A program made the translations under genes and the position numbers. A DNA stretch of 64,000 bases. Origin: Callorhinchus milii (lineage: Eukaryota). Location: contig NW_024704742.1 in assembly GCF_018977255.1 (NCBI RefSeq), forward strand, positions 136,712,001 through 136,776,000, written 5' to 3'. The notes beneath the pieces were generated by a model, which was not told the origin of the DNA, made no database searches, and worked only from the letters and a program-made list of their open reading frames with translations. Below are positions 37,579 to 49,944 of the stretch, piece after piece. How positions within the stretch are numbered: the first letter of the stretch is position 1; every line of letters starts with the position of its first letter.

Positions 37579-38210
37579 AAAATATGTGAAATCTAATTGA
37601 CCAGAATGTCAGCCTGGCTCAGTTGATAGAATTCTCACCTCTAGTTCAATAGGTTCTGGGTCCAAGCCTACGTTAGGATTGGAACTAATAGTCTAAGCTG
37701 ACGCTCCCGTGCAGACAAGACATGGCAAGCTACTACCAGTGTGTTGCAAGGCAAACTGGATGGATCTTGGTCTTCTTATTTTCTTATTGCTGGTTGATTG
37801 CCCTGTTTCTAATTACTTTCTGTGAACTAAGCTGACTGTGATCATTTTACTCCACTATCTATTTCTTTCTGTGTAGTGTGTGGGTTATCAGGCTGAAATA
37901 TCTACACAGAATACACTGTAGAGTTTAGTCTCTTTTTTTTGTAAACAATAATCCTTGCATTTGATGTAGCACCTTATCACATCATCTAATCTTGTGCACC
38001 CACCCAGAACCATGGGTGTGAAGTATTGATTGCAGGTATTTGCATATGAGTTTTCTCACACTTAGTTCCCAGTCTCAGCCTGTCTCCTTGTTACTGAAAA
38101 ACACAGAGCCATATCCCATACCAGCACAGCAAAATACAGAGAACACCCACTCAGCCTAGCTAAACACAATGGATTGTATGTCATCCAGGCTTAGTTGGTA
38201 ACACTCTCTT

Positions 38211-38490
38211 AATAATAATAATCCTTGCATTTGATATAGCACTTTTCACGTCTTCTGGTAAAGTGAATTGACTGTATAATTGTGGGCGAAACACGGTAGC
38301 CAATCACGCACAGCAGTGTCCCCACAAACAGCCATAGATTGAGTGACCAAATTATTGTTTTTTTTCTTGAGGGATTATTATCAGGCGTGTGGACTAAGGA
38401 AACTTGTCCAAGGTTTCACCCTGCTGGGAATCGAACACAGATCTCTCGCTTGAGAGGCGAGTGCTTTAACCACTGAGCTACAAGACTCCA
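38211..38490 (-). mobile_element. SINE subfamily B
   Basis: Deletion junction 'ccacacgcctgataataatccctcaagaaaaa' on the reverse strand. Confidence 0.88.
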
Positions 38491-40295
38491 AAGGTATATT
38501 TGTTGTTGCTGTTTAACGTCCACCTGAACAGGCACAGATAGAACCATAGTTTAAAGTTTCATCGGAAGGACGGTATCTCCAACAATGCAGCACTCCCCCA
38601 GCACTGCATTGGAGTATCAGCCTAGACTTGAGTTCCAAGTCCTGACGCTCGGCTTGAAGCCACAACCTTCTAACTCAAAGATGATCAATCCACGACTGTT
38701 TGTGGGACACTGCTGTGCATAATTGGCTGCCCTGTTTCGCCCACAAAATACAGTCAATTCAATTTACCGTATTTTCTGTGAAGCGCTTTGAGACGTCTCA
38801 ACATTGTGATAAGGCACTACATCAAATGCAAGAATTATTATTTACAAAAAAGTCACTAAATTTTACAATATATTCTTCAACCCACAACCTTCTAACTCGG
38901 AGACAAGAGTGCCACGAAATGACACCTAAATGTAATAAAAAAGGTGGAACAGACTCAATGGGCTGAATGGCTTCCTATGTTCCTATTTGTGTACGTGGTG
39001 TTTTTTCCGTTCTATTTATTTCTTTGAATGAAGTTTTGGAAAAAAAAACACACAGGATGCAAAGTATTTGAGGAGGAGGAAACGGGAGATTTTTTTTCCT
39101 TTCTCCCTCCCATTCAACCAGATTATTAATAAAGACGTTACATCAGGGACTTGGTAAACAGACTAATGTGGTACGTGGTTTCTGCTCCGAATTTCACATC
39201 CCCATTTTCCCACTCGATTCCACACATGTTCTCTTTTACTGACCGGTCTGCAAAAGGTAAAGGCGCTATATCAAATGCAAAGATTATTATTATTACAACA
39301 ACAAGACTACATTTGTATAGGGCCTTTCACATCGGGAGGACGTCCTATATTATTATTATAGTCGATTGCGGATCGCTCTTCTGGGAGTAATAATCCCTTA
39401 AATAAAAATGCACAACTGTTTGTGGGACACTGCTGTGCGGAATTCACTGCCGTGTTTGTCCCACAAATTTATGCAGTCAATTCAATTTACAGCATCTTTT
39501 TTGAAGCGCTTTGAGACGTCTAGACGACTTGATAAGGCGCTATATCAAATGCAAGGATTATTATTATAGCTTCCATTCATTTCAGGGTTGCACAGATGTA
39601 AAACGTCAGAAGGTTGTGGATTCAAGGCCCACATCAGGAACTCATATAATCTAGGCTGACACTCCAGTGCAGTGCTTGGGTCTTGCTGCTTTGTAGAAAG
39701 TGCCGTTCTTTGGATGAAATGTTAAACGTCTGCTTGTTCAGGTGGATGTTTTACTTTACAATATATTCTGTGAAGCGCTTTGAGACTTCTCAACAGCAAA
39801 AGGTGCTATATCTATTGGAAGCATTTTTATCACACTTAAGTATTCCAGAGTTGAGAGCACTGGTGACAGCTAAGCAGAATATAGAAACAGTATCTAACTG
39901 TATGTGTTAGGATTTTATATTTTCTGCTGGTTATCATAAATCTCTTCACGGGTACAAGTTTAATGTCTATTCAGCAGTCAATGGCCCGAGGCAAATGCTG
40001 GTGGTTAATCACCCAATCTAATGCGCTGCCATACAGACTGACATTGCTAGGTAGAGCTATGCGTCCTTGTTTAAGGTTGATATCCAGAGTGAACTTTTAC
40101 TGCAAGAGGAAGATCTTAAAAAGCTGAACTGCTGAGTCTTATTATTATGGGTTAATGATCCTCCTGCAGTGATGGCAGCTATAATATGGGAGGAGGTGAA
40201 ACCCTTGCCTTTGTAGCAAGATAATAAGCCCGTGCTTCTCATGGGTAAAATAGACAATTGTCACTTAATGGTAAACATTGCACACTGCTATGGAG

Positions 40296-40571
40296 TGAAG
40301 TCCTGTAGCTCAATGGTTAGAGCACTCGCCTCAGCGAGTCCAAGCCTTGGGCATGTTTCCTTACTCCTCACGCCTGATAATAATCTCTCAAGAAAAAAAT
40401 AAAATTGGTCACTTCAATCCACGACTGTTTGTGGGACGCTGCGGTGCGTAATTGGCTGCCGTGTTTCGCCCATAAATATACAGTCAATTCACTGTACAGT
40501 ATATTCTGTGAAGCTCTTTGAGACGTCTAGAAGACGTGAAAAGCGCTATATCAAATGCAAGGATTATTATT
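40296..40571 (+). mobile_element. SINE subfamily B
   Basis: Junction 'ctcacgcctgataataatctctcaag'; tail 'gagacgtctagaagacgtgaaaagcgc'. Confidence 0.88.
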
Positions 40572-41209
40572 CGTCGTAGCAGTTATGTGGGGCATATTCT
40601 CTGTCTGGCCACTGACTGCTGCACTCTATTGAGTTGGCATGTTTCACACCCCACAGAGGAGGAGGAACTGGCAGAACCAGTCGTATCTGCCTTCAGCACT
40701 AACGGTAGGTTTGGGAGAGGTGGAGAGCACAGAGTGGAGGAGGAAACTTGGCTCCACACAACAAGATAAATCCTAGAACATCGCAGCACAGACACAAGAC
40801 ATTCAGCAAGCGCTGACCTGCTCCATGTCCCCAGCCCTCTTGGCCTGACCCACCAAGTTAGCGAGCTGTCAGCTATTCTGCCCCCGCTCTCTGTAACTCC
40901 ATTCCCAAGTCCCTCTGATTCGCTCCCTCCCTCCCCACTTTGTGTGAAGCGCTTTGCGACATCCTACTGACATGAACGGTGGTGGATAAATGAAAATTGT
41001 GTTGTATTCAGCTCGTCCACATTAGCACTGGTATTTTTCTATCCTGTAATCCTTTGTCGAGCAGCTATCTGATTCCTTTTCAAAAAATCCTGCTTCAGTA
41101 TCACAAGAGGTTCCTCTTTGTCGGCCCACGCAGCTTATATCAGTAAATAAATCATTTTTAGTCTTTTAGTCTCTTCGTTTTAACTTTTTATTTTTTTTGT
41201 GTGCTGACA

Positions 41210-41520
41210 GCCAGAATTGTTGGCTGGGACAACTGGAACTTCAAGTTCCCTTCTCTTTTCCAATAGTATCGCAATCTTTAACCTTCCCCTGAACAGGCAA
41301 AGATACCGTCCTTTGGATGAGACATGAAACTGAGGCCTCGCCTGCCTTAGGAAACTAGTTTAGGGCGCCTTGGTTTCATGTATCATCTGAAGGATAGCAT
41401 CTTTAACAATGCAACGCTCCCCCAGAACTGCACTGGCGTTTCAGCCTTGACCGAAATTATGTTCTCAAACCTCTGATCCTTTTTTTTGATGCAAGAGTCC
41501 TACCGACTTAGCCAAACAGC
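41210..41520 (-). mobile_element. Deu-domain SINE fragment with an internal inverted duplication
   Basis: Deu motifs on the reverse strand plus 38-nt inverted arms at 41299-41336 and 41367-41404. Confidence 0.75.
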
Positions 41521-41939
41521 GAACTGTTGAATCTTACGGAGTAAAGACGTTCAGAATGATGCTATTTTCTCCTGGATTCAGCAACTTCAATGACATTCAT
41601 TAGACATCTCACTGGCCCAAACCTATAGTTGGGTAACAGGAAATTATCTCCAGGGCAGAGTAAAGCGTGTACTTAGAAGTTTTAAGATTATTGCGTGTTT
41701 GGGAGGGACAGACTGACAAGAATGAGTGACTTCCAAAATACAAAATACTCTCCATTGTTGTAACCTTAATCTCTTGGGTCCTGAAAGCACTCCATTTACA
41801 GCAGAAGGCTTCTTATTTTGAAACGTTACTCTAAGTCTGGGGTGAGATGACTTTTGGACCATTACACAGCATCAGAAATGACTAACTCGCAAGATTTTCG
41901 GAGTCAGTAAAGGAAAGAGCATAAATTGAATATTATTGA

Positions 41940-42335
41940 CCATAAGAATTTACTGGAAGAAAGAATACCAAGGTCCATCCAGTTCACCTTCCACCACAAC
42001 AATAATCCTTGCATTTTTGTATTTGATATAGTGCCTTATCGCGTCTTCGAGGCATCTCAAAGCACTTCACGGAATATACTGTAAAGTAAATTGCCTGAAA
42101 TTTTCTGGGCAAAACGCGGTATTTATTTATTTACCATCCTACCAGTCGCATGCACATGTCATGCCCCAAATATAATATCTCTGTAATATCTCGAGATATT
42201 ATTCCCTAAAATAAATCTATCTAATTTACTTTTGAAAGAATCGACAATATCTGCTTCCACCGTCTCCCTAGGGACCCTGTTCCATACATTTACTACTCGC
42301 TCGGTGAAATAGTGTCTCCACAGATTTGTGTTTTA
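41940..42335 (-). mobile_element. CR1 3' end (family X) interrupted by a SINE tail fragment (~42000-42120)
   Basis: 'ccaaggtccatccagttcaccttccacc' before and 'ccatcctaccagtcgcatgcacatgtc...ccctgttccatacatttactactcgctcggtgaaatag' after the insertion. Confidence 0.8.
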
Positions 42336-43616
42336 GTTATTTGTTTGCTTTATTTGTGTTGGCATAAGAAGAGAGTGCGGGGGTGTGAAAGCATCTAAGC
42401 ATCTGAGACATTATCCTATATGAAGGGTGCTTTTTAAAAAATGCAAATTGTTGTTGTAGTGAGGAACTTATTTTCCCGAGAGGGTTGTTAGCATTTGGAA
42501 TGTTTGACACAATTAACAACTGAGCTGACTATACCAGCAACTTAAAAGGATGAAGACTCGAGTGAAAGGGAATGAGCCGGGGAATAGGATTAGAGTAAAG
42601 AGCTCCAGTGGGGGTGAGGGAGAGAACACCAGCACACACAATGGGGAAAAAGAGCAGGGAAACGAGACCAGAGACCTCCACTGGAGGGAGTTGGCACCAG
42701 CACTGGCACAACAACAACAAATTACAATGGCCTTCCGACCCTATAAATTTTCTATGATCCAGTTTCATTGGTGCTGCTGTGCAGTGTGTTGGTGTATCTA
42801 ACAAAGAGTAAAGTCGGGTGGTTCAACGGGTGTCCCTGAGGATCTGATTCTCCCCACATAGGAAACCATTTAGCCCTTCCTGCAGGCCTGTCCCATCAGT
42901 TTATCAGATTTTATCATATCAGTCATCTAATTTTCCGGCCCTTCCTCATATCCCTCAATACCCCGAACTTCCCAAATTCCACATTCTCACAATCCTCTGT
43001 GTAAAGAGAGGGGTTTTGGTCTTCAGGTTAAGACCATGTGGAATTTCAGGTCCCAGATGAGGACCGCCAGGTATCAGAATAATAGAATCATAGAAATTGA
43101 CAGGGTAGAAGGAGGCCATTTGGCTCATCAAGTCTGCCCCGGGTCTCAGAGCTTTCAATCCAACTTCCCTGCCCAATCCTCGTAACCCTCGTAACCCTTC
43201 AAGCCTCTATTCATTATATACCTGTCTACGTCCCTTTTGAAACCCACAATGGACATCCCAACAACTATATACAGAGAGACCACTGCTGCAGGCAGAACGA
43301 AAGTGTCCCGCACTTTAATAAACTGCAGGTCCACAGCATGAACAGATGCATTACAAACACATTACCATGCATTATTACAGGATCTGACTATGGCACAGAG
43401 CTTGGTGTCTCTTTGCTGGGAGTGGTTCAATGTATGTACAGGCAAGGAAGGTCGGTGCCTCAATGGAAGAGAGGGAAGAAAATAATAATAATACATGCAG
43501 TTGATACAGCGCCTTTCATGTCAGAAGGGCGTCTCAAAGTGTTTCACAGGGTGACCTTATACAGGGTGTAAGTAGGCAAATATGGCAATCGATTTGCGTA
43601 CAGCAATGTTCCACAA

Positions 43617-43870
43617 ACAACAACTTGGATTTATATGGCGCCCTCCACGCTGGACGGCATCTCAGAGCGCTTCACAGCAAATGGATTCCGGGGCCGAGCC
43701 AGGGGGAGGGAGGGGTGACCAAAGGCGCGATCGAAAAGAAAGATCTTCAGCAGAGAATAGGATTAGAGTAAACCTGAAAATAGAAAGGGAGGGAGCGAGA
43801 CGAAGGGAGTGAGGAAGGCAGTTCCAGAGCCTCGGGGCATAGTGGCTAAAGGCACGGTCGCCGAGGGTGG
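43617..43870 (-). mobile_element. L2 LINE 3' end (second family) nested in a Deu-SINE
   Basis: AFSHYAPRLWNCLPHSLRLAPSL; closely matches 28640-28850. Confidence 0.88.
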
Positions 43871-44024
43871 AATGGATGAAAACAGCCATGAAGTAAGTGA
43901 CTGATTTAATTTGGGGGGATTATTAGCCAGGACACCGGATGAGAGAAACTCCCTTTTCTTTTCAAATAGTGCCATAGGACCTGAACAGGCAAAATGGGAC
44001 CTCGGTTTAACATCTCATCCGGTA

Positions 44025-44321
44025 TAATAATAATAATCCTTGCATTTGATGTAGCGCTTTTCAGGTCTTCTAGACGTCTCAAAGAGCTTCACTGTAAAGT
44101 GAATTGACTGTATATTTGTGGGAGAAACGCGGCAGCCAATTGCACACAGCAGCGTCCCACAAACAGTCATGATTGAAGTGACCAATTTATTATTTTTCTT
44201 GAGGGATTATTATCAAGCATGTGGAGTAAGGAAACTTGCCCAAGATTTTTCCCTGCCGGGTATCGAACCCAGGTCTCTCGCTTGTGAGGCGAGTGCACTA
44301 ACCACTGAGCTGCTGGACTGC
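44025..44321 (-). mobile_element. SINE subfamily B
   Basis: Same junction and tail as the 38211 and 40296 copies. Confidence 0.88.
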
Positions 44322-45260
44322 ACCTTTAGCTCAGTGTACCTCCACCTCATTTGGAAAATGACCAAACGAAAGCGAGAATCAATCCACGAGAATGAATAGA
44401 TTTTTAATAGTTTTACTTAGCTTGGACTGAGTTAACCAGAAACTCAATGAAGGGCTTTTTTTTTGCGCAGCGGGTGCCTTTTTTTCTTTCGAGTTGTTTT
44501 GTAAATAAAACAAGCTGCCACCTGCCCCCTCCCCACCGCCTAGCTGGAAATAGTGATAAGTGATCTTTCAAAATTGTTTCATCATTTTCTTTCCTGCTCG
44601 GGTTGCTCTGGGCAAGAGAACGCATTGTGCTCACTGTCTGCCTGATCCCGTCTGCCTGTCTCTGCTGCCTTTCCTGTTTGCGTGTGACTCGCTGCGTGAG
44701 GGGTAGTGCATGAAAGGATTTTCTCTGCTCTGGAGAAGCCTCACACGAAATTTGTGAGAAAAAGCTCAGGCACTGAGTTCATTAAGGTCCTTCACAGAAG
44801 CGGGTGGGGGGTAATCCTTGCGTCGACCCACACTTACCTTTTTTAGTAGCAAGAACATAGGAAACTGAGGAGAGTGTTCAGCTGCCTGTCTGCTGTATTA
44901 GATCATGACAAATTGGCCAACAATCCCCCAGAGGGAAAAAAAACACTCATTCAGTTTGTTGCTGTTTGTAGGATGTTGCTGTGTGCAAATTGGCTTCCGC
45001 GTTCACTACAGTCGCCACACTGTAAAATCTGTGACGAGCTGGGGCGTTTTGACGATGTGATAAGGCGCTGTATCAAACAAGAATTATTATTAAATTGTTT
45101 AATGTCATTTCCCTGGATTTCCTCCATATCCCTTGATACCTCTATTTCCCAAGTATATACTGTATTTCCTTTTTACATAGCCCAGTTGATTCTATCTCTA
45201 CAGTCCGTGCGCTCCACATTCACCACCCTCTGTGTGAAGAAATGTCTTCTGATTTCACTG

Positions 45261-45581
45261 AATAATAATATTAATAATCCTTGCATTTGATATAGCGTTT
45301 TTCACGTCTTCTCAACGTCTCAAAGCACTTTACAGAATATACTGTAAAGCGAACTGACTGTATATTTGTGGGCGAATGCGGCAGCCAATTGCGCACAGCA
45401 ATGTCCCACAAACAGTCGTAGATTGAAAATGACCAATTTATTATTGTTTTGTTTTGGAGGGATTATTATTAGGCTCTGTGTGGAGTAAGGAAAATGCCCA
45501 AGGTTTCGCCCTCTGCCTGGAATTGAACCCAGGTCTCTTGTTCACAAGACGAGTGCGCTAACCACTGAGCTACAGGACTTC
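45261..45581 (-). mobile_element. SINE subfamily C with the older (B-type) tail loop
   Basis: C-type junction 'ccacacagagcctaataataat' but tail 'gagacgttgagaagacgtgaaaa'. Confidence 0.9.
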
Positions 45582-45845
45582 TAACCAGCTTAGGTCTAAT
45601 TATAATTCTGACCTCTAATAAGGCACTATAAAAGTGCCAGGTCTTAAGTTTTTTTTTAAACTTTCCCAGTGACTAGAGAAGCTTTGTCTACCAAGCGCTC
45701 TTGACGTGGAGTCTGCAGATTCTTTTAAAAGGGAGTCAGATAGCTGCTGGAGTCAAAAGGAATATGAAAGGGTATGGGAGGGGTTATGTAGGATCAGACT
45801 ATCTCATGGAAAAAAAACACCAGTGCAGAATTGATACACTAGATT

Positions 45846-46192
45846 TGGAGTTGTGTAGCGTAGTGGTTAGCGGGGGCTCATCTCGCAAGCGAGAGGACCC
45901 GGGTTTGTTTCCCAGGCAGGGCAAAACCTTTGGCAAGTTTCCTTACTCCACACTCCTCTGTTTACATAGCAGTAAGTAGAAACCCAGTTGTTAGTCAATT
46001 GGCAGATAGCTTACTGGGGTAATAATCACACAAAACCATATTTGGTTACTCAATCCACGACTGTTTGTACGACAGTTGGCTGCCGCAATTCGCCCACAAG
46101 ATACACAGTCAATCCACTTTACAATATATTCTATAAAGTGCTGTGAGACGTGATAAGAAGTAGTATCAAATGCAAGGGTTATTATTATTATT
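45846..46192 (+). mobile_element. SINE subfamily A
   Basis: Head to tail match. Confidence 0.88.
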
Positions 46193-46474
46193 TTGCATTT
46201 ACAGATGCACATTGGGAGGACTTCTCTAAGCGCTTAACAGTGCTGAATGGGCACCTGAGTCAGGAGTGAACTTGTGAAACTGGCTACTTTCATGGCTCGT
46301 TTACAGCCCTGTTGGATGGAAGCTGTCTCACCGCAGTAGTACACGTTTCTACAGAGAGTGTTGTGTCAGCATGGCTCAGTTTCTCACTCTCTTGCCTCTG
46401 GCTCAGGAATATTGTGAAATCGAGCCACAATTTGGGGCTTTGAGCTCACCGTCCAAGCTGACGTTCAAGTGCAG

Positions 46475-46850
46475 TAATAATAACAATGATCCTTGCATTT
46501 GTTGTATAGCACCTCATCACGTCGTTGAGACATCTCAAAGCACTTCACAGTATTGTAGAGTGGAGTAACTGTACTTTGTGGGTGAAACGCGCAGTCAATT
46601 GTGCACAGCAGTGTCCCACAAACATTCGTGGATTGAGTGACCAAATCTTATTTATTATGTGGGGTGAAAAGATTCTTTCCTCCAGAAAGCAATCCGCCAG
46701 TCGACCAACATCTGGTTTCCTACTTACTGCTAGGCAAACAGAGGCGCGTGGAGTAAGGAAATTTGCCTAAGGTATTGCCCACCCAGGAACCGAGTATGGG
46801 TCCTCTCACTTGCGAAGCGAGAGCTCTAACTACTACACCACAGGACTCCA
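46475..46850 (-). mobile_element. SINE subfamily A nested in a Deu-SINE head
   Basis: Deu head at 46363-46474 resumes at 46851 ('ctgaaggtgggaatgctgca'). Confidence 0.88.
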
Positions 46851-48029
46851 CTGAAGGTGGGAATGCTGCACCACCACAGTTGATACCCTTTAGACGAGAC
46901 CTTAAACCGAGAACCCATGCTCTTAAGGTCATGCAAGCTTGCAGTGTTTTTCTGCGTCTCCCTCTTAAACATCTCAAACATATTCTGCCTCTGTAGCCCT
47001 GTGGGGTCGTGCGTTCCACAGTCACAGGCCTCCCTCCGTGTGAAGAGGTGTTTCCTGCTGATAGGTTCTGTTTCTTTTAATGAGGTTATATATTGTTTTC
47101 AATAAAAAAATAAACAAGCCCAATGTAACAGCGGCCAGCTGACATTGTGGATTGAGATCTTTTTGATGTGAACTGAATAGGTCACAAAGGACCCCTGAGA
47201 ATGTCGGGATATTATTATTAAGGGAATACACTATCTTAAAACACTTTTTATTATTACGCTAGGTTAAGGAAGAAAGAGCTTGCATTTTTATAGTGCCTGT
47301 CACATTAAAGTGTCTGGCTCAAAGCGCTCCACAGTAATTCCTGTCAAGTAAATGTCTTTAGTGGGTAAATATGGCAGAATTGTAACCATGTTAGGCAGGG
47401 GTAGACTAACTTCCGTCTCCCAAGCCACCCACAGTAACCATGAGGGTAGGGGTAGAGCATTACTATGGCTCCGTTCTAACCTCTGTTGAGGGGCCTTAGG
47501 ACATCCTCCCGACGTGAGAGGGAGGATGTAATATAGATGTAATTTATTGTTGTTGTACTATGACCATACTTGCCCCCATTGATGGGAAGAGAACTTGACA
47601 AAATCAATACTGCCTCTGTTGAGATCAGCAACATTGGGGTTCAGTTTGTGGTGTTCCTTTACAGATTTCTTAACTAAAAAATCCAATCATGGGAAGTACA
47701 TAAAGGACAGAAATAAAGGAATCACACTTGGAAATCAGACCAGGGTTAGGATCATAGGAATTGCTAGACAAAAGACCAAGGTCCAACTAGTTCACTTTCT
47801 ACCATCCTGCTGAAATAATAGAAAATAATAATAATAAATAATAAATAGCAATTAATCCTGTTTGGATTAGTCTATAGCAGAGTGGAAAATTTGGGAACCT
47901 TAGATCCAAAATTGCCTGGTTCTTCCAAGCACACAATACTTACTATATGTCCTCAAATCTCTCAAAATATTATTTTCTAAAAGAAATCTTATCTAAGTTT
48001 GTAGTTGAATGATTCGATACTCAATAGAG

Positions 48030-48390
48030 TGGAGTCCTGTAGCTTAATGGTTAGAGCACTCACCTCGCAAGCAAGAGGATCTGGGTTTGATTCCCGGCAG
48101 GGCGAAATGTTGGGCAAGTTCCCTTACTCCTCACGCTTTTGTTCATCTAGCAGTAAGTTGGAACCTAGTTGTTAGTCGATTGGGTAATAATAGTTATTGG
48201 GTAATAATCCCTTTTTAAAACATTTTTTAAAAAAAAACTCAATCCACTTCTGCCACACAATTGGCTTCTACGTTTCGCCCACAAAATATACAGTCAATGC
48301 ATTTTACAGTGTATTCTGTGTAGCGCTTTGAGACGTCTGTAAAATGTGTTAAGGCGCTGTATCAGATGCGAGGATTATTATTATTATTAT
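48030..48390 (+). mobile_element. SINE subfamily A
   Basis: Head to (ATT)n tail match. Confidence 0.9.
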
Positions 48391-48396
48391 GAGTCC

Positions 48397-48714
48397 TGGA
48401 GTCCTGTAGCTCAGTGATCAGAGCACTCGCTTTGCAAGCGAGAGACCTGAGTTCAATACCAGGCAGAGGGCTAAACCTTGGGCAAGTTTCCTTACTCCAC
48501 ACAGAGCCTAATAATAATCCCTCCAAAACCCAAAACAATAATAAATTGGTCATTTTCAATCTACGACTGTTTGTGGGACATTGTTGTGCGCAATTGGCTG
48601 CCGCGTTCGCCCACAAATGTACAGTTAATTCACTTTACAGTGTTCTGTGAAGAGCTTTGGGACGTCCTCACGACGTGAAAGCGCTATATCAAATGCAAGG
48701 ATTATTATTATTAT
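48397..48714 (+). mobile_element. SINE subfamily C inserted at the tail of the preceding SINE
   Basis: Near-identical to 29733-30060; 'ttattatgagt' occurs on both sides. Confidence 0.95.
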
Positions 48715-49369
48715 GAGTAATTTGAGTATGTCAAAGTGAGTTCCACACTTTTTTCTTAATTAGCTGTTACGAAATAGAGCAAATTAGGCTTCGCTCTTTG
48801 CTTGATAATTATGGAAGAAGCTACTTCCAAACTCATCCATTCTCAAACATATTCTTGCCCAAGGAGAAGTCCTGACAGTGATCTACTGAGGAGATAAATG
48901 GATGCCATTGTGGAAAAAAAGTGCCAGTCTATTCCTATGTTTTCAGTGCTGTCTAGTCTTTGCAATAACAAACTGGAATGTAATTAAACTGGGCGGCTTG
49001 GTGACGCTGTGGGTTTGAGGTGGCTCTGGAGCAGTGGTGAGACAGGCTGTGTGTGGGGGGGAGAGTTTTGTTTGCAATATTAATTTGTTAGCAGCAGACT
49101 GGGTGACACACAAACCACGACATGGTGACGCACGCAACCTGAAATTACTGCTCAAGTTCCTATTGTGATTTCATTTCCTACCACATTGGAGCCCGAGGAT
49201 CTTGCTCAGACACTGACTGAGGAACCCAGGGAATCATCAGCAAGCAATCAACCAGAGTTACATAAGAACATACTTCTCCTTTCTCCTCCTCCTCTCTTCC
49301 TTTCCACTCCCTCCTTCCCCCATCCAGCTCCATAACTGAAATTGTCTGCTCCAGGAGAGTTGCCATTAT

Positions 49370-49750
49370 CAGCTTGACGCAGTCGATGGTGTTCTCAATT
49401 TTAAGTCAGAAGGTTTGTGGCTTTGTATCCCACATCAGGAACTTGGAGCTCACAGTCCAGTGCTGGGGGAGCGCTGAATTGCCAGAGGTGCCGTCCTTCA
49501 GATGAGACGTTAAACTGTCTGTGTGTCCAGGTGGACATTATGGATCCCAAGACACGATTAGAAAAGTCACCTAGCCAACACCCCCCATATTGATTAATCA
49601 TTAACTTCTTGCTGTTTGGGGGAACCTTGCTATGTGCAAATTGGCTGCTGCGTTCACCTGCATTTTCCATCTAAGTGACATCAATTAGCTATGAAATGCT
49701 TCAATACATTTCAACATTATATCATTCTTTCAAATGCATGAATTATTATT
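49370..49750 (+). mobile_element. Deu-domain SINE
   Basis: 'gaggtgccgtccttcagatgagacgttaaac', 'caggtggacatt' and 'ccttgctatgtgcaaattggctgctgcgttc'. Confidence 0.8.
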
Positions 49751-49944
49751 GTTATTTGACGTTCTAGACATTGCAGATACACTCCTGAGGGATACGACAA
49801 GCAATAACTGGATGAACTGGGCCTGTTTCATAATGAAAATGCTTGCATTTGATACCATGCCCTATTGCGTCGTCGAGATGTCTCAAACCACTTCAACGAA
49901 TATATTTTAAAGTGAAATGTGGTCCCCTCAGATGCAGTTGGTTG

